Shown: piece after piece, positions 18,047 through 27,807 of the stretch | Numbering within the stretch: the stretch's first letter is position 1 | Layout of the letters: the number at the start of each line of letters is the position of its first letter | Origin: a virus | Taxonomy: Duplodnaviria; Heunggongvirae; Uroviricota; Caudoviricetes | DNA length: 64,000 nucleotides | Virus record (IMG/VR): IMGVR_UViG_3300033066_001908 | Strand: one strand, 5' to 3' | Notes under the pieces: generated by a model | What the model saw: the letters and a program-made list of their open reading frames with translations, nothing else | Told to the model about the DNA's origin: nothing | Database searches by the model: none | Translations under genes and position numbers: made by a program

Positions 18047-18175
18047 CGGTATTGCCTCCTGGTGGGAACGCTACCCGACGATCAAAGACGGAGGCAAGAG
18101 GGATCCTGGAATTTTTTCTCGCAGTCCTGCGATGCTGTAGTGAAAACAGGGGTATTTTCCTTACAGCATGCTGCA

Positions 18176-18586
18176 TCAAAAGCCGAGATTCATACCGGCA
18201 GTAATTACGTCACGCCGACCAAGCCATCGCAAAACTTTGGTGTGTGCGAAACGCATAAACACGCCATCAGACACCCTGGTCGCTTCCACAACGTGTCGCT
18301 TGGTCGGGTTCAACCCTTCCAGTCGAAAATCTTCACCCTGCACAGAGAAGATCGCGCCAAGATCGCTCAAATCGAAACCATACTCCATGTGCAGCGATTC
18401 CCAAGCCTCAGCTGAACTTTCAAACGTGGTCGCCCGACCACAACTCGTTCCAGCCGATTTAATACGATACGCCACTGTCGTCTCTTCGCCAAAGACACGA
18501 GCAGGTCGTACTTTCACCTCAACATCAACCGCGTCACCAATGTTCTGCGTTACCGCATTCCATTCGCGTTGTCTCAAACCAAACAT
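18176..18586 (-). CDS. Hypothetical protein (136 aa)
   Basis: ORF on the dominant strand. The overlapping plus-strand ORFs are considered shadows. Confidence 0.4.
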   Translation of the reverse strand: MFGLRQREWNAVTQNIGDAVDVEVKVRPARVFGEETTVAYRIKSAGTSCGRATTFESSAEAWESLHMEYGFDLSDLGAIFSVQGEDFRLEGLNPTKRHVVEATRVSDGVFMRFAHTKVLRWLGRRDVITAGMNLGF

Positions 18587-18629
18587 GATTCACCGCCCTA
18601 CCAGGTATCAAAATGATCAGGTAGCTCGG

Positions 18630-19250
18630 TCAACTGACCGGAACGCCAAACTCGGCATGAAATGCCTTTACGACACGATCTTGCCACTTGTGGTACCGGG
18701 CCTCGTTCTGCGCTTCGCCCATCCCCTTGTGCGGTCTGGGCGCCCGCCGATCGTGCGACGGCATGTGCTCCGCAGCCCATGCGGTCAGATCAAAATGCTG
18801 CCGGTCGCCGTCGATCACATGTTCACCAAGGAACTCACCATCAGTCGTGGTACGATAGAGCACACCAAAGGCACCCTCGGGGAAGAGGGTCTGCACGTCC
18901 AGGTTCCGATAAGACGCCAACGGAATCACGATCGAAAAGTCAGCCTTCACGACCGTGGGTTTGCTCGTCAATCGAACACCGTCTTCATCGGTAAAGAATC
19001 CATCATCATCGACCCAGTCTTCGTCCTGAAGCTCTTCGAGTACCTTGTCAAAGGTCTCTTGATCTGGGTACACAATCGCGCCTTGTTGGGTGTAATACTT
19101 TCCCATTATTTGCCTGTCGATGTTCCGTCTGTGTTGTGGTCGGCATCCTGGCCGATAATCGCTGGATCCACCAGCGTACAAGTCAATTCTTTCAACTCGC
19201 GGTCGCAATACCATTTGTGACTGAGCGTCACGAAGTTTTGCCCAATCCAT
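18630..19250 (-). CDS. Hypothetical protein (start probably internal)
   Basis: ORF. Likely start MGKYYTQQG. Confidence 0.45.
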   Translation of the reverse strand: MDWAKLRDAQSQMVLRPRVERIDLYAGGSSDYRPGCRPQHRRNIDRQIMGKYYTQQGAIVYPDQETFDKVLEELQDEDWVDDDGFFTDEDGVRLTSKPTVVKADFSIVIPLASYRNLDVQTLFPEGAFGVLYRTTTDGEFLGEHVIDGDRQHFDLTAWAAEHMPSHDRRAPRPHKGMGEAQNEARYHKWQDRVVKAFHAEFGVPVS

Positions 19251-19393
19251 TCTGGGTAGTAACGCTTGATCGGAGGTGTCTCCAAAACAATCGCGTCACT
19301 GTTAATCGGAACAAACATCGTCCACATACGCCCGTCTTGCGGGTGCCGGTACCGAACCCGAAAACAGATCACCTGTTTGGCTTCTTGAGCCAT
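19106..19393 (-). CDS. Hypothetical protein (95 aa)
   Basis: ORF. Confidence 0.4.
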   Translation of the reverse strand: MAQEAKQVICFRVRYRHPQDGRMWTMFVPINSDAIVLETPPIKRYYPEWIGQNFVTLSHKWYCDRELKELTCTLVDPAIIGQDADHNTDGTSTGK

Positions 19394-19402
19394 GGCGCTC
19401 TC

Positions 19403-19792
19403 CTAAATGGCGGCGAACAATGCCACCGCGCGTTGCAACAACCGGAGATGCTCAATACGCAGCCGCATCTTCTTGGAAGGCGGCCCACTGACCATCAGCC
19501 AGTCCCAGAATTTTTTATGATACCAACTGAGGATCTTACGCTCAGCTTCGTCAAACTCTTTCAAATAGGCCCGCTTGCCACGCCCGCTTTTGGCGTGGTG
19601 CCAGCACTCAGCCAGAATTCTCCACTGCACCATTCGTTCGAAGAGCGGCATGGTGATGTAGATATGGACCTCGACCGGCGCATCGTTGAGCTGGTCGAGG
19701 TCTTCTGTTTCATCGATTTGGATCGCCTGGGTCTTCAACATTGATACCGTTCTCGCCGAATGAATTGATTTCGTGCGTGAAGTCCGCGACAC
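19403..19792 (-). CDS. Hypothetical protein (129 aa)
   Basis: ORF. Confidence 0.45.
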   Translation of the reverse strand: MSRTSRTKSIHSARTVSMLKTQAIQIDETEDLDQLNDAPVEVHIYITMPLFERMVQWRILAECWHHAKSGRGKRAYLKEFDEAERKILSWYHKKFWDWLMVSGPPSKKMRLRIEHLRLLQRAVALFAAI

Positions 19793-20549
19793 CGGTCACC
19801 TCATAGAGCACGTGCGTGCCTGCATGAAGACCAACCGGCCGCATGGTCACCTCAGTCATAATCAGTGTTTCTCCACCGATGGCATCTTCAACGAAGTCCT
19901 CCAGGCTGGTGAACTCGTTATTTTCATCCATTCGAGAGATCGGCACAGGGACCGCCACACGGATCCGATGCTTTTCGTCCCGAAGTGCCCTGATTTGTTC
20001 TTCCGTCTGCTCAGCCGTAATGATTGGATAGTCCAGCACTGGCATTGCCGGTGCTGACTCAACAAACACGACTTCCTTTTCAGGCGGCATCACGACACCC
20101 AACCAGGGCCAGTCGTACTCCAGCACATTTGACTTCGCTTCTTCACACTCGTCCGGATCCACATCCGCCAAATGTTCCAGATAGTCGTCCATCCCCTGGC
20201 TAGGTTCAAAGAACACGTGCGGCAGGTGATGTTGTACGCCTTCTTCACCAGGGCACATGCTTGCGGTCTGGGCGCCGCGTAACAGCGACATTAGCTCACG
20301 AGATCGCAACCGATAGGCTTCAACGTACTCGCCCAATTCTCGTTTGACCTCGTCGGTCACTGGTTCAACCGCGTTGTAGCCCAGCGCCTTCTGGAAGTAT
20401 GTGTCGCCAAATTCGTCCAACATGTCGATCACCGCCTGTAACGGCGCTGCCATTGGAGTCAGAATACTCCTGCGCATCTCGATCGCAATATTGCCGTGAT
20501 CAACTTCCAGTTCTTCCACTTCCTCATTCGTCGTGTTCTTGTCGTTCAT
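19710..20549 (-). CDS. Hypothetical acidic protein (279 aa)
   Basis: ORF. Confidence 0.5.
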   Translation of the reverse strand: MNDKNTTNEEVEELEVDHGNIAIEMRRSILTPMAAPLQAVIDMLDEFGDTYFQKALGYNAVEPVTDEVKRELGEYVEAYRLRSRELMSLLRGAQTASMCPGEEGVQHHLPHVFFEPSQGMDDYLEHLADVDPDECEEAKSNVLEYDWPWLGVVMPPEKEVVFVESAPAMPVLDYPIITAEQTEEQIRALRDEKHRIRVAVPVPISRMDENNEFTSLEDFVEDAIGGETLIMTEVTMRPVGLHAGTHVLYEVTGVADFTHEINSFGENGINVEDPGDPNR

Positions 20550-20655
20550 GCAAATGCCAACCTATATGCCAGTGTTGTGCCCGTATACGTTGAACCTGGC
20601 CACCCGGCCCGTTCTGATTAGAGTAGCCACCCTCGTACGGGCAGGCGCTTGTCGG

Positions 20656-20675
20656 AAGCCCGGCTGCCCGGGCTG
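20656..20675. terminator. GC-rich hairpin, AGCCCGG...CCGGGCT family
   Basis: AGCCCGG-CTGC-CCGGGCT. The same hairpin family is seen at 30077 and 56744. The plus strand downstream is CCCTTCATTTC. Confidence 0.3.
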
Positions 20676-20684
20676 CGTATCCCT

Positions 20685-21104
20685 TCATTTCGATGGCGTG
20701 CATGAGACTTGCCCAGCTTTTGCGGCGGCTCGCGCGGCTTTTGCTCTTGTGGCTATCTCGCCTTTGTCCCATCCTGCCCCCAATGCTCGGGTGATACCCG
20801 CTTTGTGTAGTTCGACCGCCCGGCAGCCGGCCAGAGTCGCGTGGAAATACTGATCACGCCCCTCATTGAGCACCGACCCTTTAGTCACAAGCCCGAGCTT
20901 CTCCATCTCGAGCATGTCACCATGGTCTTTGGATCCAATACCGGCACAGAAGTGGTTGCGATACCCCTTCTGCTTTTTCTTCCGGTCAAATCCCGCACCG
21001 AGCATGTGCCGTAAGTGGTCGTAGTAAACCGGTTTTGCGCCTGGTACTGTGGTCATTTTCTTGTTTTGCTCCATTTTCCCGTTCCGGATTGTTTCCAGAA
21101 ACAT
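20685..21104 (-). CDS. Hypothetical protein (139 aa)
   Basis: ORF. Confidence 0.45.
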   Translation of the reverse strand: MFLETIRNGKMEQNKKMTTVPGAKPVYYDHLRHMLGAGFDRKKKQKGYRNHFCAGIGSKDHGDMLEMEKLGLVTKGSVLNEGRDQYFHATLAGCRAVELHKAGITRALGAGWDKGEIATRAKAARAAAKAGQVSCTPSK

Positions 21105-21166
21105 GCACTTTACACGTTTCCATGAAAAACATAAATATGGTTACTTTTGGAAACAAGGAAGTAGCC

Positions 21167-21604
21167 ATGCCGTGGTCAATCTATCAAATCGAATGCCTGG
21201 AAACTGGACAGATCTATATCGGGCAAACCAAGTACCGCATGCCGTTCAGCCGCTTGGCTGATCACGTATCGACGTTACGAAACCAGAAGAGTCCACACCC
21301 AAAACTTCAACAAGTTTGGAATGAATACCCAACTCTGGTCTTCTGGCAATTCCGCGTGTTAGATGATGAAATCGAATCCCAACGTACGGCAGACCGTCGC
21401 GAAGCCTATTTCACACTGCAAGTTCCTGAAGACAAGCGCCTGAATGAAGTCTCACGTGTGCGGTCAACTGTTGAGAAATATCTTGAAGTTGAACAACTAT
21501 GTGCTCAAGGCCTGCTTTACCGTGAAGTTAGTCAACGTACGGGTGTCTCGCTGGGACAGATCTCTAAGATTCGGAAAAAGGTTCGAGACGGTCTTTTTGA
21601 ATGA
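21167..21604 (+). CDS. GIY-YIG endonuclease with C-terminal HTH
   Basis: Start at ATG 21167 with an AGGAAG SD. SIYQIECLETGQIYIGQTK...R...H is the GIY-YIG core. C-terminal LYREVSQRTGVSLGQISKIRKK is HTH-like. Confidence 0.65.
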   Translation: MPWSIYQIECLETGQIYIGQTKYRMPFSRLADHVSTLRNQKSPHPKLQQVWNEYPTLVFWQFRVLDDEIESQRTADRREAYFTLQVPEDKRLNEVSRVRSTVEKYLEVEQLCAQGLLYREVSQRTGVSLGQISKIRKKVRDGLFE

Positions 21605-22246
21605 CGGCAGCCACCCAACGACATTCAAACGCACCACAGTACGCTGACACGGCCGCGGAATCTCGAAAGATTCATGCAGCATGGTCATTGCGCTGCCCGC
21701 ATACACAGAGCCGGGCCACATTGGCACAGCAATCAAATTGCCCATGTCCAGGTTGTCGAACGAACCATCTTTGTTCGGCAACGCGTTATACGTTCCATTG
21801 TAGGCCATCGCGCCAAATACACTGGAAGCCAACAGGAGACTTTGACGCCAGGGCTTTCGGCCGGGGATCTGATCATCATCCCCGATGTCTGGATCGACCT
21901 CTGGTGCTTCAGTTTCTTCTGGTTCCTGCTCTGGCCTATCGCGGTGGCGACCAGGTCGTGTTGTCCTATGCTCCCCGTGCATCTTCTCATCAGCGAGCCA
22001 GATGCCATCAATGTGGATGCCTGGTCGTCGATGCGACTGACCAGCAGGCACAACGGCCTGATCAACCATCAGATAGATCGAATGCTCGGTGTTAATCCCA
22101 TAGAGCATTTGGTCGACTGTTGGTTGCCACCGGGCCAGGTCGGATGGCAGCCCGTCTGCTTGTTTGAACTCTCGCATGTAGATCCGTTCGCCGGTAAATT
22201 CCGGGAATTCGACCTCACCACGCTCTTGGACATAGCTTGTCCGCAC
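21497..22246 (-). CDS. Hypothetical protein (249 aa)
   Basis: ORF. Its 3' end overlaps the convergent GIY-YIG gene by about 108 nt. Confidence 0.4.
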   Translation of the reverse strand: MRTSYVQERGEVEFPEFTGERIYMREFKQADGLPSDLARWQPTVDQMLYGINTEHSIYLMVDQAVVPAGQSHRRPGIHIDGIWLADEKMHGEHRTTRPGRHRDRPEQEPEETEAPEVDPDIGDDDQIPGRKPWRQSLLLASSVFGAMAYNGTYNALPNKDGSFDNLDMGNLIAVPMWPGSVYAGSAMTMLHESFEIPRPCQRTVVRLNVVGWLPSFKKTVSNLFPNLRDLSQRDTRTLTNFTVKQALST

Positions 22247-22254
22247 GTGACCTC

Positions 22255-22584
22255 CTACTTATTAACGGGGATCTTCTCGCCACACTCGGGACACATGACC
22301 TGGTGTGGTCGTGCAATCTTGAGACCGAGTTGGTTCATAATGAAAATTGTATGAAAGGCCTCGCCGTCAGGCGACCCCTTAGCAAACTCAACGGCGACCC
22401 GCTTGATTGTGTCAAGCAGGTCGACATCTGAGAGTTTTCGCCAATTCTCTTTTAATACAACCAGCGTAGCAGCTGGCGAGAGACTGGTGAGATCGATCAT
22501 TGGAGGATCGTCGTACCCAGCGGAACAACCCCGCCGGTCGGGAACTTCAAGAAGCGCCGCGCGCGGGACTCGGGAATGTCCCAT
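22255..22584 (-). CDS. Hypothetical protein
   Basis: ORF with a C-terminal CPECGEK zinc-ribbon-like pair. Confidence 0.35.
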   Translation of the reverse strand: MGHSRVPRAALLEVPDRRGCSAGYDDPPMIDLTSLSPAATLVVLKENWRKLSDVDLLDTIKRVAVEFAKGSPDGEAFHTIFIMNQLGLKIARPHQVMCPECGEKIPVNK

Positions 22585-23306
22585 TCGACAGCGATCAAGC
22601 CGTCAGTATTCCCAGGGGCTCCGGTAACCGCTGCTGCTACTGCGTTGATAACACCCATCGCGCTGACAGTGAAGCCAGCTTGAGGCGGCGCCAACACCTG
22701 CACGGTCGGATGGTCAGCCAGGGTCTGATTACAAGGCACCCGAATCCCAAACAACATCGAGATTGCCGCTGGGTCAGCTGCGAGCGCAGAGTTCAAAGCG
22801 TCGATGATCAGACCCACCAACGCTGGTGATTGCTCAGGACAGGTCTTCGCCTCTTCGAGCTGGACACTCTCGTATGGTTGCACGCCATCCGCGCCACAAC
22901 GACCGCATACCGAAGACTGAACCGCGGGCAGAATCTCGTTCCAGCGCTCACCGCAGGTCGAGCAACAGAACTTGAGTTGATACCCAGTAACGATCGGCAT
23001 GACCTCTCGCAGTTCACCTGTTGCGAAGAACTCGCTCACAGGCGTCGGCGGGATGTTGCTAATCCCCTCGTCTTCTTCAAGGATGGAATCGGGGATCGTG
23101 AAGCACCCGGGGCCATCGCCAAACGGGTTCACGAACTCGACTTCCATTGCGTCTGGTACACCGTCCTGATGCGGATACACATGGACGATCGTCCCGATCT
23201 CACCTGGCTGCAGAACTTTCGTGCTGCCAGTGTCCGCCTCCGGACAAAACTCTGCCTTCAGGCGAACAACCTTCAATTCATCAATGCGCTGGTTCGTAGG
23301 GGTCAT
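22497..23306 (-). CDS. Hypothetical protein (269 aa), Cys-rich central region
   Basis: ORF with a central CCSTCGERW...CGRCGADG. Confidence 0.45.
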   Translation of the reverse strand: MTPTNQRIDELKVVRLKAEFCPEADTGSTKVLQPGEIGTIVHVYPHQDGVPDAMEVEFVNPFGDGPGCFTIPDSILEEDEGISNIPPTPVSEFFATGELREVMPIVTGYQLKFCCSTCGERWNEILPAVQSSVCGRCGADGVQPYESVQLEEAKTCPEQSPALVGLIIDALNSALAADPAAISMLFGIRVPCNQTLADHPTVQVLAPPQAGFTVSAMGVINAVAAAVTGAPGNTDGLIAVEWDIPESRARRFLKFPTGGVVPLGTTILQ

Positions 23307-23401
23307 GCTGTCCTCTCAATAACATCAAAATGGCGTCGGCGTCCTCCGGTTGGCTGTCCCGATCCAGTGATTCAGAACGCCCGTAAACTTCCACAGTCCA
23401 G

Positions 23402-23798
23402 TCAGTACCATTCGGAGAGATACGACAAAAACCCGCTCCACGCACGGGATGCCTGCTCGCGGAATGAAGACTTGCCACATCCCTGTGCGTGATCTTGTTC
23501 TGTTTCGGAAACAGGATCGCCACTGGTGGCCCGTCCGGCTGATTGTTCGTCCCCCGGATACTGGGATGGACAATGATGTACTTCAGATCCAGCATTTGCA
23601 ATCTCCAGAGCAAGTTTCGTCGCACAGCCGCGACAGAAACATTTTTGTGGTTGGTTCAGTTCAATGGACTTATGCCACTGTCGAAAAGGAACGAGGCGCT
23701 TGCCGCACTTGTAACAGTACCGAACGTGGATCGGGACACCGACATTGATGAACCCGGCCGCGACAAGTCGTCGTTCAATTTCTGTAACTGGCATCATC
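23402..23798 (-). CDS. Zinc-ribbon protein (hypothetical)
   Basis: Start taken at MMPVTEIE with a perfect AGGAGG SD. Contains CYKCGK...CFCRGC pairs. Confidence 0.45.
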
Positions 23799-24192
23799 GC
23801 CTCCTGCCTTGTATCGCTTGGATCAACTCCGAGCGGGGTTCTGGGTTGTCGGCGTTCCAGGCCTGGATGGCCCTCAATCGCGTGATCCCATGATACTTGA
23901 GGGCCTTCTTGCAGGCTACAGTGCATACGGCTACACAAGAGCCAGGTACGCCACTTTCAGTGTCAGAACACACTTGCGGCCGTTTGCCGCAGTGTTTGCA
24001 CTTGTTCCCCTCGTCGCGGATCTCCCGCAGCGCTGGAACCAGATCGACCAGGTCGTTCAAGATCCAGGAGTTCACCCACAGTTCGTAACTCGAACTGAAG
24101 CCAGGGTTGTCCTGAATGAAAGCTGGTCCGGACTTTATTAGCTCAAATAATTTCTTAGCACGATCCCTCTTCGTGTCCGACACCTTCGGCAT
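23794..24192 (-). CDS. Hypothetical Cys-rich protein (132 aa)
   Basis: ORF with CKHCGK...C...CVAVCTVAC. A variant of the AT-rich motif lies inside its 5' coding region. Confidence 0.4.
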   Translation of the reverse strand: MPKVSDTKRDRAKKLFELIKSGPAFIQDNPGFSSSYELWVNSWILNDLVDLVPALREIRDEGNKCKHCGKRPQVCSDTESGVPGSCVAVCTVACKKALKYHGITRLRAIQAWNADNPEPRSELIQAIQGRRR

Positions 24193-24564
24193 TGGTCACC
24201 TTGTCCTCAGGGACCAGGACGTGCTTAACGCCGTCCTGGTCAATCATGAATGTTCGGATGCGACCCATCGCAGCATAGAACTCCGGCGGGTGTTCCTCGT
24301 CGCCGTGCAGATCCCAGATCCAGGCGTGAGCCCACTCATGAATCAACCATTCGTAGAGGTTTGCGATGTTGTTCTTGAGTGAGAGTCGAATGATGAATGA
24401 CTTGCCGGAGCGCGACGTGGCGCAGTCTCCGTGCAAGTCATCCTCGTGCATGTACCGAATGTAGAACCGCTTCGTCAGCGGGAAATGTTTGATGAGGTAC
24501 GGCAGCCAGTTCTTAACCGCGGCGATCTTTTCTTCGTCGGTTTCGTACTTTTTCCGGGACATGG
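24155..24564 (-). CDS. Putative HExxH zinc metallopeptidase-like protein (SprT/DUF45-like)
   Basis: Start taken at MSRKKYETDEE. LIHEWAHAWIWDLHGDEEHPPEF contains HExxH plus downstream His/Glu candidates. Confidence 0.4.
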
Positions 24565-24800
24565 GCGATCTCCTGACGGAGTGCCGTGACGGCACGCTCG
24601 ATGATGTACCGGCCATGACGACGAGCGTCCCGGGCCGTTTCCTCGAGCATGCTATCAAAAAACGGCTGATACACCTGATGGGTCAGAATGTTCTCAGCCA
24701 TAACTCCCGGAAACCCATATTCGACAAGGTTTTTAACCCCTGCGGCGATAAGCTGTTGCCGAATCTCTGCGTCTGTTACCAACAGTTTTTTTGCAGGCAC
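24513..24800 (-). CDS. Hypothetical protein (95 aa)
   Basis: ORF. Confidence 0.3.
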   Translation of the reverse strand: MPAKKLLVTDAEIRQQLIAAGVKNLVEYGFPGVMAENILTHQVYQPFFDSMLEETARDARRHGRYIIERAVTALRQEIAHVPEKVRNRRRKDRRG

Positions 24801-24908
24801 AATTCTCCTGGAACTTTCGCGAAATTTTCGGCAGCTTTTGCCGATTCGATTGTCAGGGATAAAAACACCTGCAGATCGTGAGATCTGCAGGCATTTCTAT
24901 CCATCGGA

Positions 24909-26552
24909 TCAATCCCAGCGATCGATCTTGTAATCGGACACCAGCCCGCGCGCGGTGACACGCACGAACAGGTTCCAGTTGTCACTGCTGCTGCACATGA
25001 TCAGCCCCGCAGCATGGTCTTCCTTGAGGCCTTCCAGGGTATTAGCTCGGGAATAGGACTCAATCACGCTTCGGACGCCGTGGAACTCGTTCCGCAGCAC
25101 TGTGGGGAAGAGACACAGACTCGGACTCCTGGTCTCTTTGGCACCCTTCAGGATGAAGATCGCACGACGGCCCTGGTGTGAGCAATCGTCTTCATTTCGC
25201 CAGGCATACGGACCCAGGCAGATCGCATCAACTTCGACGTAATCACCGCCCCGCAGGGACATCTGGTACGCCGGAGCCCCCGTGGGCCACAGATACCACG
25301 ACACCGGGTTACGGAACTCTTCCGTGTCCCACTGGATAATTGGCGGCGCGGCAGGATCCACAGCAGTCACCAAAGCCCCATAGCAGGAACTGCTGTGAGG
25401 CGCCAGCACTTCGATCTTATCAGCGTTCTCAAGTGCCGTTTGGCGGAACTTGACCCACGTGATCGTCTGTGCAGGCATCTTGATGTCCTGCGGAGTCTGT
25501 GGGGTCACGCGGGCGCCCTTCGGCTTAACATCACCAAACACACCCGTACCGGTCGCCTGGGGCGATTCCCGGCCAGGCCGGGGCACCCAGAGGGCCTGGA
25601 TGTCGGACAGTCGGGCAAACCGCCGCTTGAGCGAACCAGCGGCCCCCAGCTTCTCCACGACGTTTTCCGCCTGCTTGATCGTCCCGGCAGACGGCGCCAC
25701 CTGCGGACGCTGATACTGCAACGGGTGCATCTTCTCCGCAAACCGCTTCGCGATCGCGTTGAAATCCATCCCCGCAAGAATGTCTTCCAACAAGGTGCCG
25801 ATCATCGATGACCGCGGGTGACAGAAGCCGTCCGGAGCCAGCGCGATCGCGTACCAGACCACATTGGCCCTGTGTTTACCGTCCGCAGCTTCATACAGCC
25901 GTTTCAGTTCCAGCAGCCACGTCGCTTGGCCCAGCACCTTCTCACCACAATAGAGCGCGTCCGCTTCCAGGATCTTCACAGCCTGTTCGAGCTGTGGGAT
26001 CGAGAACTCTGACAACGCCAGCATCATGTTCTTGTGGTCTTCCTTCTTGGCCGCCGCGACCTGGAAGGGAGATAGGATTGCGTGTTTGTACATCCGACCA
26101 CCCGTTGCAGGGTACCGAATGGACAGGTGATGCCACGGACCAGTGACTGGCTCGCCGCAGACGTCCTTCTCGGGAACGAACACACCCGTCACCTTGGCCT
26201 TGCGGATTGCAGTGATCAGAGCCTGGACCGGAGCACAAAGTTCAGGCGGCGCGTCTTCCATGTCCCAAAGGACCGGAGAGGCGCATCCTTCATTGTCCAA
26301 AACAACCAAACCCGCAAACCGTTCAATGAACCGGCGGCAGGCATGACAGTTGTGATGTTGTCGTCGATCTTCCGGCAACCAGGACAGGTATTTGCCCCAG
26401 AGATCTTCGACATCAGTCGTGAACATCGGCAGCGTGGCTTGTTCCGTATTGGTCATGAATCGTCGCTGCACATTCGCGAGGTACATGTCGTACTCGCGAT
26501 CACTGCCCACTGCTGCTGCCGGTTGCGCTGGGACTGTTGCTCGTCTCGCCAT
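24909..26552 (-). CDS. Large conserved-looking hypothetical protein (~547 aa from MARRATVPAQ)
   Basis: Long clean ORF with a HHNCHACRRF Cys/His cluster near the N-terminus. No family recognised. Confidence 0.5.
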   Translation of the reverse strand: MARRATVPAQPAAAVGSDREYDMYLANVQRRFMTNTEQATLPMFTTDVEDLWGKYLSWLPEDRRQHHNCHACRRFIERFAGLVVLDNEGCASPVLWDMEDAPPELCAPVQALITAIRKAKVTGVFVPEKDVCGEPVTGPWHHLSIRYPATGGRMYKHAILSPFQVAAAKKEDHKNMMLALSEFSIPQLEQAVKILEADALYCGEKVLGQATWLLELKRLYEAADGKHRANVVWYAIALAPDGFCHPRSSMIGTLLEDILAGMDFNAIAKRFAEKMHPLQYQRPQVAPSAGTIKQAENVVEKLGAAGSLKRRFARLSDIQALWVPRPGRESPQATGTGVFGDVKPKGARVTPQTPQDIKMPAQTITWVKFRQTALENADKIEVLAPHSSSCYGALVTAVDPAAPPIIQWDTEEFRNPVSWYLWPTGAPAYQMSLRGGDYVEVDAICLGPYAWRNEDDCSHQGRRAIFILKGAKETRSPSLCLFPTVLRNEFHGVRSVIESYSRANTLEGLKEDHAAGLIMCSSSDNWNLFVRVTARGLVSDYKIDRWD

Positions 26553-26943
26553 TTTGTTCTTCCTTTTTGGTGTCGGCCGTCTCGGGCCAAGGGATACAAA
26601 CAGGTTCGTGGCGCGGATCTTTGCAGACCAAGCACACAAACACGCGTCCAGTTTGGACGAACTCATTGCCTTCTTCACTACCGATCCAGCTAGTATATCC
26701 GTTCAGTTTCCAACGGAAACCAACGATCCAGCCCTTAAACTGTGGGACGTCCTTCGGACGCCACTCATATTGATGCCGGTTATTCCGCCATCGAGTGCTT
26801 TCGTCTTCACCTTCACGCGGCACATACACACGCTCCATGATCTGCGTGCATTTTACCCACTTGCCCATCACAGCCCGCTGAGCTTCGACACTCAGCGGGG
26901 CTTTCATCTTCTTCCGAATCACGGGAGCCATCAGCAGGTCCAT
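26500..26943 (-). CDS. Hypothetical protein (147 aa)
   Basis: ORF with a CLVCKDPRHEPVC pair. Confidence 0.4.
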   Translation of the reverse strand: MDLLMAPVIRKKMKAPLSVEAQRAVMGKWVKCTQIMERVYVPREGEDESTRWRNNRHQYEWRPKDVPQFKGWIVGFRWKLNGYTSWIGSEEGNEFVQTGRVFVCLVCKDPRHEPVCIPWPETADTKKEEQNGETSNSPSATGSSSGQ

Positions 26944-27416
26944 TCGTCCGTGTCGATTTCGACAGCCTTCCAGCCTGGTCGGACGAAGACCTTCTTGCCG
27001 TCCGCTGTCTCCAGGCGATGTGTACCCGAAGCCCGCACTTCAAGGCGAACCACGTTCTCGTAGGTCAAGTTGCCTTCACCTTCCGGGTACACGTAGGTAC
27101 GTGACCGTTCAGGCGGATTCAACTCAGTCCAGTTAATCCCAGGGCCAGGGCTCGTCAGCTCTCGGATGACAAGCTGGTTGCCATCGTGGAGGTGATACTC
27201 CGTCGTCTGTCCGGGGCCAAGCAGGCGTTCCGGCGCCGCCGCTTTGCTTTGTTCGATGACTCGAACGCTGTGGCTGTTCTCTTGGCCGGGTTGAGAGTCG
27301 TTGCGGATAATGACACGTGTAGTCATGGCTTTCCTTTCTGGGGAGTTGTTGAACAGAATCGCACGTCGGACTCGGACCGACACCTTCAGGCGACACTGAT
27401 GGTCACTCAAGCCCAT
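26931..27416 (-). CDS. Hypothetical protein (start maybe MTTRVIIRND at 27326)
   Basis: ORF. Confidence 0.4.
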   Translation of the reverse strand: MGLSDHQCRLKVSVRVRRAILFNNSPERKAMTTRVIIRNDSQPGQENSHSVRVIEQSKAAAPERLLGPGQTTEYHLHDGNQLVIRELTSPGPGINWTELNPPERSRTYVYPEGEGNLTYENVVRLEVRASGTHRLETADGKKVFVRPGWKAVEIDTDEWTC

Positions 27417-27807
27417 TGACGTCGTTGGTCCTGTTGTGCCCGCGGCCGGGAATTCCCAGCCCTTACACCACTGCGATTACCAGAACAGTTCTGGATGTCA
27501 GCCTAATACCCTAAGCTGGGTCAGCTTCTTTATGTGCCACTCCTGGGAGGGCTGCGCCTACGAAAGCGGCGCCTTTCAAAATTAGCTGGTGGGATCGGGA
27601 TGATCAGTGCCCGTCCTTGTGGGTGGGCAGCTTTAACTACCATAGCTCGATCGTAGTTGCACCGGTCGACGGCTCCGTGGTGCGAACTGAGGTTTATCTA
27701 CCGGAGCCCAAGAGGTCATGCGCGAGTGCAGGTTCGACGGCTCAGCTGTGATCAAGAGCCTCCACCACAAACCGCAAAAGATCACTTCAAACATTCAGTT
27801 TTCCAGT

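Noticed and set aside
18168-19220. 350-aa plus-strand ORF
   Set aside because: It is antisense to three consecutive minus-strand ORFs that fit the local gene organisation. Considered a shadow ORF.
27725-27745. GGTTCGA T-loop-like sequence suggesting a tRNA
   Set aside because: No complementary T-stem, acceptor stem or anticodon arm could be built around it on either strand.
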